Virus record (IMG/VR): IMGVR_UViG_3300021468_000001
Location: 10,683-74,682 of that record
DNA: 64,000 nucleotides
Source of the DNA: a virus
Strand: one strand, 5' to 3'
Below are positions 9,587-16,707 of the stretch, in pieces. Every line of letters starts with the position of its first letter. The first letter of the stretch is position 1. The position numbers were made by a program, and so were the translations under genes. The notes beneath the pieces were generated by a model. It searched no databases and was not told where the DNA came from. It saw nothing but the letters and a program-made list of their open reading frames with translations.

Positions 9587-10063
9587 TTAGTGGTGCAGGT
9601 CCACTAAAACCGCAAACGCATTCCCGACATGCGCCTCCACTTCGCGGCCATCGAGCACCCAGTACCAGGGCTGCATCAGGTCACAGCCTTCATCTACGCT
9701 ACCCATTTCTGACCTTAGATACTTTGCGATTTCCTTATTCAGCGGCAGCACATCATCAGGATACTCACCGTCTTTGAAGCCATCTCGCTTTTCTATAGGC
9801 GGAGATATTTCAGGATACTCTTCAGCCTCAGAAGTAGCCTCATCCCGCCGGAATTTCCAATACCGCTCGGCGCCCAGCGATATTGCTTTTAATATCCCTG
9901 AGTATCCGCCGCCGATTCGGAACCAGTCGTAGAGCGGCCACACGAAGAGTCCGGGTTTCGCCCCCACGCCTTCCTCTGCCAACTTACCCCTAACAAGATC
10001 TTTCGCTTCCTCTTCAGAAGAAGCCATGCTCTTCGGAACGATTACCACTGCCATCATGTGCAT
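9587..10063 (-). CDS. Conserved phage hypothetical protein (DW-x-IGG motif)
   Basis: YDWFRIGGGYSG and C-terminal VLVDLH. Confidence 0.75.
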   Translation of the reverse strand: MHMMAVVIVPKSMASSEEEAKDLVRGKLAEEGVGAKPGLFVWPLYDWFRIGGGYSGILKAISLGAERYWKFRRDEATSEAEEYPEISPPIEKRDGFKDGEYPDDVLPLNKEIAKYLRSEMGSVDEGCDLMQPWYWVLDGREVEAHVGNAFAVLVDLHH

Positions 10064-10075
10064 CTTCAGGCCTCC

Positions 10076-10115
10076 AAAAAAAAGCGAGCCTCACAACTCG
10101 TCGTTTCCGGCTCGT
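10076..10115 (-). terminator. Rho-independent terminator
   Basis: ACGAGCC/GGCTCGC stem followed by T8 on the minus strand. Confidence 0.7.
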
Positions 10116-10118
10116 AAA

Positions 10119-10223
10119 GCGGTGCAAGGGCCAAGTAGGGGCACGCGCGCCTCCTTGATGTACCGCGGACCCCTTCAGCCGAGCGAAGGCGAGACTCGAC
10201 TTCAGACTCGGCCCTGCACCAGC
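10119..10223 (-). ncRNA. Putative structured RNA (three-way junction, possible kissing loops)
   Basis: Intergenic; closing stem GGTGCAGGGCCGAGT/ACTTGGCCCTTGCACC encloses two hairpins; G-U pairs favour the minus strand. Confidence 0.55.
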
Positions 10224-10254
10224 GCAAGAAGGAGCAGGACAATCAATAACTTTA

Positions 10255-10884
10255 TCATTCCTGCACTTCCTTTTCAACTTCAGGCGGCTGAACGACCATG
10301 TAGTTTTGAGTCTGTGCGATAGGCGACTCGACATTCCCCTCGCCGAGCGCTTTTCGCAATCCCTCGTAAAGCGCCGCGATAAAGGCCGTTGATTCGTTGA
10401 TGTTCCTGGCGAGCACTTTCAGGTCCCTTGTCTCGTAGAAGTCACCTTCGTCATAGACGCGCGCTAAAATACCGTGCGCCTTGCAAATATCCAGCATCCG
10501 CACGACAAGAAGGTGCGCCTTCAAAAACTCTTCTGCGTATTGCGTTTTCGTGAAGTGGCCTCCACGCCACCGCTCTGACTTCCCAAGCCGCCCGAGTATG
10601 ATGGTGAAACTTTCGCAACCAGGCCCGACGTTTACCCTGAGTATGAGCCCGTTCGCATACCCGCAGTAAAGGCTCCTGTCACTGGGGAAGTCGTCCGATA
10701 TCTTCATCATTTTGGCGAGTTCAAATTCATCTCTGTCTCCGCTTTCTGTCGCTACTACCGAGCGAACTAGCCCTACCGCGCTCACGGGAAGGCCCAGAAT
10801 CTCTTGCCGAATGGCATTCAGCTTGCGTTCGAGCACAGCCTTGGGACCGTCGAACGCAAAGCCGTAATGGATTGTGAGTCCCAT
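10255..10884 (-). CDS. Conserved hypothetical protein (MGLTIHY / KTQYA / DEG family)
   Basis: MGLTIHY start, FTKTQYA, H-x5-LD, VYDEGDFYETRD. Confidence 0.8.
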   Translation of the reverse strand: MGLTIHYGFAFDGPKAVLERKLNAIRQEILGLPVSAVGLVRSVVATESGDRDEFELAKMMKISDDFPSDRSLYCGYANGLILRVNVGPGCESFTIILGRLGKSERWRGGHFTKTQYAEEFLKAHLLVVRMLDICKAHGILARVYDEGDFYETRDLKVLARNINESTAFIAALYEGLRKALGEGNVESPIAQTQNYMVVQPPEVEKEVQE

Positions 10885-10886
10885 CT

Positions 10887-11087
10887 TCAATCCTCCTCAC
10901 TCATTTTCTGCAGCGCATCGTTCGCCGCTTTCGCAAGTAACAACCACCCGCCTAGCCGCATCTTTCGCGCAACGTCAACCGCGCTGCTTGCATACTGCCT
11001 CCCGCGGCGGATGTTACCATCTTCCAGGCAACAAATCACGAGCCGTAAGTACTGCTTCAACATTTCAACTGCTTCTCCCTTCGACAT
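10887..11087 (-). CDS. Hypothetical protein
   Basis: GGAGG RBS. Confidence 0.6.
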   Translation of the reverse strand: MSKGEAVEMLKQYLRLVICCLEDGNIRRGRQYASSAVDVARKMRLGGWLLLAKAANDALQKMSEED

Positions 11088-11470
11088 GCCTGCCCCTCCA
11101 AAACAGCCCTCCGGGCTTGTCGAATACGAGCGCGCAACTCTAAAACTACATCACCGCCAAACTCTGTTGAGATTGAAGATAGCAGCCTTGAAGCACGCTC
11201 AATCATTCCCGGGTTGCCCGTAGTAACCGCGGCTTCGAGAACCTCAAGTACTTCACGCTGCCTATTCCTGACAACCTCAACTTGCCTGCGAAGCGTCGAA
11301 GTCTCCGCCATCCCATCTACTGCCTCAATAAACCGCTCGCAAAACGAAAGGAAGTCGCAGTCGAGGCCCGCGACGATGTAAAGATTACGCAGTGCGTCTA
11401 TTCGAAGTCCACGTTGCGCTATCGCCCCTCTTCGTTTTTGCTTTCGCTCCGGGTTGAACCGTATCATCAT
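11057..11470 (-). CDS. Hypothetical protein
   Basis: AAGGAGG RBS. Confidence 0.65.
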   Translation of the reverse strand: MMIRFNPERKQKRRGAIAQRGLRIDALRNLYIVAGLDCDFLSFCERFIEAVDGMAETSTLRRQVEVVRNRQREVLEVLEAAVTTGNPGMIERASRLLSSISTEFGGDVVLELRARIRQARRAVLEGQACRREKQLKC

Positions 11471-11650
11471 AGCCTCCTTTTATCCATATTGCCGTAGTAA
11501 TCTGAGACCCGAACTCTTGCTCCAGTGCCGCGACTATTCCCCAATTTGCAGGCAATCCCAGTCGCTTGAGCCCGCGCTTCACGCGCCTGCTCCACTGCGC
11601 TGCTTTACCGCGACACTTGTTCAACTCAATCTTTATCTGATGTTTGCTTA

Positions 11651-11968
11651 TCATCGTTCTATCCTTTCGACTCGCCCCGTCGTGAAGTCTGTCAACTTTA
11701 AGCCCGGGCCTTCCTGCTCCACCTTGATCTCCGCTTTCCACCACATTGGCGTCTGCAGTCCAATCACGACTCCCCAGCGCCGCTCCTTCCGAACCACCAA
11801 GGCAACCCCCCCCTGCTCCGCCATCTTGATAGCCCAGGCCAAAGCACCGCGTAAACTCCACCACTTCCGCATCTTTACGCCTGCACCCTCTAGCCTCGCA
11901 TTCATGAAGATTCTCCCAAAGGAGGCCGTTACGTTGCGGCTCGTCCACCGCTCAGTCCAGCTCGGCAA
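11651..11968 (-). CDS. Hypothetical protein
   Basis: Operon context; start uncertain. Confidence 0.5.
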   Translation of the reverse strand: MPSWTERWTSRNVTASFGRIFMNARLEGAGVKMRKWWSLRGALAWAIKMAEQGGVALVVRKERRWGVVIGLQTPMWWKAEIKVEQEGPGLKLTDFTTGRVERIER

Positions 11969-12175
11969 GCTGCGTGCCTACTGTATCCGTCCCATCGGGC
12001 TCAGTCGCATGAAACAACACGCCGTTGTCAATCCACCACACGAAGCCGTGATAGTCGTCCATCTTTTCGCCAGACAGCAGGCATTTCCAGCAAGCCTCAC
12101 AGACCTGCAATTCGCAGCCGCAGTAGCCTGCTTTCATCTCTTTCTCTGCATCCTTACCGCAAAAGACGCAGTCCA
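11952..12175 (-). CDS. Small Zn-finger protein
   Basis: AGGAGG RBS; CVFC..CGC..CEAC. Confidence 0.65.
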
Positions 12176-12187
12176 TCTCAAACCTCC

Positions 12188-12454
12188 TTATAAGGCCGCA
12201 TCCTCCAGGCATCTTGCGATGAATCGGAAAACGTCCACTAATATAGTGAGACGCCACACGTCAGGCTCACGCCCGAAGACCATTCTCGCCAACTCCTTCT
12301 TGCTTGGCCCGCGGTGAAAGCACCAGCGGAATTTTATCACCCGGACTACTCTCCCCTCGCGCCTCCACAGGTAGTAATCTGCGTTCATTACGCCTAGCGG
12401 CACCCGCATTTGATACCACTTCTCGCCGTCCACTGTTACTTGCCTTGCATTCAT
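12188..12454 (-). CDS. Hypothetical protein (family A)
   Basis: Paralog of 1126-1410; junction motif start. Confidence 0.8.
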   Translation of the reverse strand: MNARQVTVDGEKWYQMRVPLGVMNADYYLWRREGRVVRVIKFRWCFHRGPSKKELARMVFGREPDVWRLTILVDVFRFIARCLEDAAL

Positions 12455-12476
12455 CACTCGGCCTCCCTATAGCAGC

Positions 12477-13010
12477 TCAACACGCCAATTGGCTTTCCAG
12501 TTGCTTAACCTGCCTCACGCTCCACTTTTCAAACTCGCTGCTGAACCGTCCCGGTGTGCTCCACCTTCCGCGGTGCGAGCCTTCACGCCCGAGACCCCTT
12601 CGTTCTAATTCCGCCCACGTCCACATACGCGGCGCGCTGCGTTTCCAGGCGCTCCTATCTACTACCGCTAACTGCCGCGTTATCGGCTCCCGCAAGTGGC
12701 CAGAGAATCGGAAGCCTGCGAATGCTCCGTTCATGCGCAGCGACACGTAAAATGACTCCGTTGTCTTCGCGCTGCTTACATACAGGTCTTTCGCGTTGCA
12801 GCCCCATCTGGCCAATATCAGAAGCACGCACGCCGCGTCGCGCGCATACGTATCCTCTCCCGCTACTAGTCGCCGCAATGCGCAGCGTATGTTGCCTTTC
12901 TCTTTCTTCCAGAGCGGGTCCAACTCCGTCCTTTCCCAGGCCTCCCGCACCAGTTTACGAGCAATGCGCGCCGCCTTGCGCCAAACCTGCCGCCCTAATT
13001 CGTCACTCAT
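12477..13010 (-). CDS. Hypothetical protein
   Basis: AAGGAGG RBS; TESFYVSL..FRFSGH motif. Confidence 0.7.
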   Translation of the reverse strand: MSDELGRQVWRKAARIARKLVREAWERTELDPLWKKEKGNIRCALRRLVAGEDTYARDAACVLLILARWGCNAKDLYVSSAKTTESFYVSLRMNGAFAGFRFSGHLREPITRQLAVVDRSAWKRSAPRMWTWAELERRGLGREGSHRGRWSTPGRFSSEFEKWSVRQVKQLESQLAC

Positions 13011-13025
13011 CTGTCGCTGCCTCCT

Positions 13026-13475
13026 TCAGCGGCTTGATAAAAACTCCAATTCATAAGCAATCCTTGGCGCTGGCGCTATCTTCACACGAACGCCGTTCAC
13101 GGTCTGAACAGGCTCTCCGCGCCGCGTCGTCCAGCCCACAAAATCAAGCCCGGCCCTCTCAACCGCGCCCTTGAGTTTACGGCAAAACCGCTGCCGGCTT
13201 TCCTCAACCCGCTTCTTCAACAATGACAATTTATACTCCAGATCATCTGCCCGTGAAGCCCTCGAAGTCTCCATCTCCACTACATCAATCACATGTTGAG
13301 AGTCGCCGTCTATCACCCAAACAACAAACGGCCTCCCCGTCTTGCTTTTCTCGGACGCTCGCACATAGGCTGTGTATCCAAGTCGCTCCAACGCCGCAGC
13401 CACACCTTCTGCCTCTTCCCTTGTTCGCATTGCATGGAACACCGCAAACTTTTCCGCCTCCGTCTTGCGCTTCAT
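13026..13475 (-). CDS. Hypothetical protein with SPOR-like N-terminus
   Basis: TREEAEGVAAALERLGYTAYV. Confidence 0.6.
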   Translation of the reverse strand: MKRKTEAEKFAVFHAMRTREEAEGVAAALERLGYTAYVRASEKSKTGRPFVVWVIDGDSQHVIDVVEMETSRASRADDLEYKLSLLKKRVEESRQRFCRKLKGAVERAGLDFVGWTTRRGEPVQTVNGVRVKIAPAPRIAYELEFLSSR

Positions 13476-13485
13476 TATATCCTCC

Positions 13486-13722
13486 CTATATCGCTACGAT
13501 TATTTCTCTGCGCTCAACACAAGGCCGCTTCTCAAGCGCGATCATCGCACGCTCCCAATTTCTCCACTTCTCCTCGTAGGCCTCCTCCGCCTCACGCCGC
13601 GCCCTGTAAACCGTCTTGCCGCCGTCGTGACTCCACACTACGCCCGGCGGCACGCCTTCGCCGCACCAGACTTTCCCAACGCGCTCCCACCGCGGCCCCA
13701 TCCCGTTCCGAAACCTGCTCAT
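13486..13722 (-). CDS. Hypothetical protein
   Basis: RBS, operon context. Confidence 0.6.
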   Translation of the reverse strand: MSRFRNGMGPRWERVGKVWCGEGVPPGVVWSHDGGKTVYRARREAEEAYEEKWRNWERAMIALEKRPCVERREIIVAI

Positions 13723-13734
13723 TGCTCGCCCCCT

Positions 13735-14004
13735 CTAAAATTTCCCCCTCCACGCAAACGGGCCTATTACCAATGTTCCTCCTTCGTCCTCTGACCGAGC
13801 AGGCACCATCACCGCCTTCTCCTTCCGAAGTACCTGAGCCAAAATGTCAATGTGCTGACGAACCCATAAGTCCGCTTCAACAAACCCTATAGCCCACTCT
13901 ATCGCTTCTCGCGCAGTCTCGCACTGCGATACGCCAAGCGGCGGAACGTCAACTATCCGCCCGTCCCGCCTCACAACTATCGCCAAGTATGCATTCCGCT
14001 CCAT
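13735..14004 (-). CDS. Hypothetical protein
   Basis: RBS, operon context. Confidence 0.6.
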   Translation of the reverse strand: MERNAYLAIVVRRDGRIVDVPPLGVSQCETAREAIEWAIGFVEADLWVRQHIDILAQVLRKEKAVMVPARSEDEGGTLVIGPFAWRGKF

Positions 14005-14022
14005 AATTCTTCCCTCAACCGC

Positions 14023-14295
14023 TCAATCTATTCCGCCTACTGTTGTTTCCACTGCGATTGTCGGATACAGGCGACGTAGCAACCGCTTGAACGCCCCTTC
14101 GACTTCGTCCGGGTTTCTTGGCGCATTGCCCACCGATTCGCAGAGCCGAATTGCTTTCATGCAGTTCCGCACTGCTTCTCCGGCTGTATCGCCCCAGTCT
14201 GTCCATCTCCAATCCGTCCATTCCGCTCGCGCCTTCCATCGCTTCGTTTCCAGCGAGAATTCGATTGATACCTTTATCATCAGCACGTCCTCCAA
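14023..14295 (-). CDS. Hypothetical protein, HicB-like N-terminal pattern
   Basis: WGDTAGEAVRN resembles the HicB G-x-T-x-x-EA motif. Confidence 0.5.
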   Translation of the reverse strand: MEDVLMIKVSIEFSLETKRWKARAEWTDWRWTDWGDTAGEAVRNCMKAIRLCESVGNAPRNPDEVEGAFKRLLRRLYPTIAVETTVGGID

Positions 14296-14327
14296 TCCAC
14301 GACGTTTTTGCGAGCAGGCGAGTCAGG

Positions 14328-14579
14328 CTATTCACGCCTCAGTATTGCGTCCGTAACTTCCGCCGCCGCGTCGCGCACTTTCTCCATCATCTGGACGGCT
14401 TCCTGCAGCACTCGCAGCAGCTGCTTGGCAGGGCCTTCCGCCCCGCTGCCACTGTGGTCATAAACCGCGTCCTCGAGCGCGGCAAACCACATGAAGACGT
14501 TGCACAGACGCCCGCGCAATTCCGCCGTGAATTTCTCCGCTTTCTCAATCGCGGCATCATGCTTTGCCTGCCCTTCCAT
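14328..14579 (-). CDS. Hypothetical helical protein (possible paralog of 14591-14800)
   Basis: AGGAGG RBS. Confidence 0.65.
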   Translation of the reverse strand: MEGQAKHDAAIEKAEKFTAELRGRLCNVFMWFAALEDAVYDHSGSGAEGPAKQLLRVLQEAVQMMEKVRDAAAEVTDAILRRE

Positions 14580-14590
14580 TTTCCAGCCTC

Positions 14591-14800
14591 CTACGATTTG
14601 TCCGCAACCGCGGCGATTGTCTCCGCGGCCGACCGCAATTCGCCTATTTCACGGAACAAGTCATCCATAGCGCACGACAGGTCGCGCCCGTCACTATAGA
14701 CCTTGTTCCTGATCGCCTCAAACTGCGTGGCCACCCTGCGGAGTTGCTCGCGAAACAGCACGAACAAGGCGGTTACTTCTCCGAGTTGTTGCGCTCCCAT
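14591..14800 (-). CDS. Hypothetical helical protein
   Basis: AGGAGGCCGGAAGATG; the upstream extension in the ORF track is non-coding repeat DNA. Confidence 0.7.
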   Translation of the reverse strand: MGAQQLGEVTALFVLFREQLRRVATQFEAIRNKVYSDGRDLSCAMDDLFREIGELRSAAETIAAVADKS

Positions 14801-14844
14801 CTTCCGGCCTCCTATTGCAGCCCGACCGCATCCTGTTTTAGGGA

Positions 14845-15140
14845 CGCGCGCGCGCCCGTATATCGCACGCCCGTATATAATATATATAGCCGGTCGCGCT
14901 CTGCGTTCCAGGGCGCGTGCGATCTGCGTTGTCTGCGCCTGCGCACTCCCAGGGGATTTCCCGCCCGCGTATTTGCGCTCGCACAAGTCGCAAGTCGACA
15001 GGGTTTTCTGCGAGCATACGAGCCGTATGTGCGCGCTCGCGTAGCACGCACCCGCGCCCGCCCGTAGTACGTAGCACGTTTGCCCGCGCCCGTAGTACGT
15101 GCGCCCGTAGCACGCGCTCGCGCCTGTGTAGCACGTGAGC
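14845..15140. repeat. Non-coding repeat cluster: CGCCCGTA x5, GTAG(C/T)ACG x6, TA tract
   Basis: CGCCCGTA at 14853, 14868, 15059, 15087, 15102; GTAGYACG at 15041, 15064, 15071, 15092, 15107, 15128; TATATAATATATATA ~14874-14888. Confidence 0.85.
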
Positions 15141-15143
15141 GCG

Positions 15144-15190
15144 AAAAAAAAGAGCGCGGGGCGGGGCGCCCGCCGCCCACGCCCGCGCCC
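15144..15190 (-). terminator. Rho-independent terminator
   Basis: GC-rich hairpin (GAGCGCGGG..CCCGCGCCC on plus) followed by T8 on the minus strand. Confidence 0.75.
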
Positions 15191-15292
15191 ACGTGATCCC
15201 GTGTCCGTGTCCGCGCGCCCCACCACGAACGGCGGACGGGGCGGCCCTGTGGCCGCCCGCGCCCGTCCGCGCCCGTGTGGTGGTGGTAGTGA

Positions 15293-15607
15293 TCATTTTC
15301 GCGCGCCCGCCTTCTGCGCGGTTTTCTGGCCGGCCTGCATTTCGGCGAAGGCCGCGTCCACGACCGCGGCCAGTTTGCCAGAATACGCGAGCGCGGCCAG
15401 TTTGTACTTGTCCACCGCGGCCGCGCCACGTTTCAGTTGCGCGAATTCCGCGCCCGTGTCCACACAGACGCCCGCGCCCGGTTCTGTTCCGTCGCGCTCG
15501 TGACGTTCGCGAATGTGCGCGCGCGCGAGAAGCCAGTACGCGTGCGCCGGCTCGGCATTTTTGCCGTTGCCGTTGCCGTTGTTTCGACCATTGTTCGAGA
15601 GTCCCAT
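15293..15607 (-). CDS. Hypothetical protein (early)
   Basis: AGGAGG RBS; NG-repeat N-terminus. Confidence 0.65.
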   Translation of the reverse strand: MGLSNNGRNNGNGNGKNAEPAHAYWLLARAHIRERHERDGTEPGAGVCVDTGAEFAQLKRGAAAVDKYKLAALAYSGKLAAVVDAAFAEMQAGQKTAQKAGARK

Positions 15608-15735
15608 CCCAAGACCTCCTATAGGGTTATTCTACGCGCGCGTTATACGCGCACCTTTTTCCGCGAACACCGCGGCGACCGCATCTGCCGCCGCACGTAA
15701 CAGATTGTATTCGTGCTCGTTCATCACGTATCCCC

Positions 15736-16011
15736 TTATACACGCGCCCGCGTCGCCGCCGACCACCCGCGGCGCGCGTTCCATGTCGCGCCCTCGAGCG
15801 CCGTCTGTCGCCCGCCGCCTGCCGCACAGGCCCAATCCGCGAGCGCGTATCGCAACGCCGCGGATATCACCGACGCCAACGCCGCCGACGCCAACGCCAC
15901 CACGCCCGCCTTGAACGCGCTCACGAAGAGCCGCGCGTTGAATCGGTCTTCCACGCCCGCGTTTCGATATGCGCCCGCAAATTCCCGCTTCCAATCCACC
16001 GCGTATTCCAT
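15736..16011 (-). CDS. Hypothetical Ala-rich protein, first gene of the leftward unit
   Basis: GGAGGTG RBS downstream of the leftward promoter. Confidence 0.6.
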   Translation of the reverse strand: MEYAVDWKREFAGAYRNAGVEDRFNARLFVSAFKAGVVALASAALASVISAALRYALADWACAAGGGRQTALEGATWNARRGWSAATRARV

Positions 16012-16058
16012 GATCACCACCTCCACATTGTCCGCCGCGGCCCACCCGTGACCGCCAC

Positions 16059-16087
16059 AATATACCCCACGGTCGCCGGACCCGCAA
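16059..16087 (-). promoter_or_regulatory. Leftward sigma70-type promoter
   Basis: TTGCGG-17nt-TATATT. Confidence 0.7.
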
Positions 16088-16227
16088 ACTTGCCCAAAAC
16101 AAAAAATCCGCCGCCGCCGCGGGACGGCCGCAAACCGTTGCGCCACAAGGGGTTGCAAAATTGAAGCGGGGTCCGCAACGGGCCACGCAGCCCTCCACTC
16201 TCCTCGATGTATGAAGCTAAATGGGGC

Positions 16228-16256
16228 TTGCGTGTGGTGGGGTAGGGATGTAGAAT
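16228..16256 (+). promoter_or_regulatory. Rightward sigma70-type promoter for packaging/structural genes
   Basis: TTGCGT-17nt-TAGAAT. Confidence 0.75.
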
Positions 16257-16284
16257 AGTGTAGGAGATAGGGAGGAGACGAGAC

Positions 16285-16707
16285 GTGGGGCGAAAGGTAA
16301 GGGGGTTAGGGCGCGAGGTAGTTGAGGCGGTGATAGGGGGGATAGAGCGCGGGATAGAGGTAGGGGACATGGTACAGTTAGCGGTGCTGTGGGGCGAGTT
16401 ATGGGAGGCGGAGGTAAGGAGCATGGGGGCAGTGAGGGCGCGGATAGGGGAGGTGAGGGAGCGGTTGGAAGGGGAGGTAGTAAAGCGGTTAGGGGAGGCA
16501 GAAGAGGTAAAAGGGAGGATGTTAGAGGGGTGTGGGCGGATGATACAGGTGATGGCAGCGCGGCGGTATTTGATGGCGGAGCGTGCTGAGGCAGTAGAGC
16601 GTGGCGAGTGGAGGGCGGATGGGCGGATAAAGGAGTGGCGCAAGATAGTGGGGGAGGTAGGGCGGTGCGCGAAGAAGAAGAATGGGGGCAAGGCAAGTGA
16701 CGAATGA
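16285..16707 (+). CDS. terS: Probable terminase small subunit
   Basis: 140 aa helical protein directly upstream of and overlapping TerL; GGAGG RBS; positional assignment. Confidence 0.55.
   Translation: MGRKVRGLGREVVEAVIGGIERGIEVGDMVQLAVLWGELWEAEVRSMGAVRARIGEVRERLEGEVVKRLGEAEEVKGRMLEGCGRMIQVMAARRYLMAERAEAVERGEWRADGRIKEWRKIVGEVGRCAKKKNGGKASDE

Larger units (their letters stand above)
6479..12466 (-). repeat. Dispersed 15-nt junction repeat GGAGGCCGAGT(G/A)ATG (RBS plus stop/start)
   Basis: Plus-strand CATCACTCGGCCTCC at 6479, 6748, 7224, 12452; CATTACTCGGCCTCC at 7933, 8205; one-mismatch copy at 7505. Confidence 0.9.

Noticed and set aside
10119-10223. Hammerhead ribozyme
   Set aside because: CUGA is present, but the CUGANGA / GAAA / UH core is not correctly formed
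14812-15429. Long R/A/G-rich ORFs across the repeat region
   Set aside because: Open frames arise from GC-rich repeats and cross a terminator
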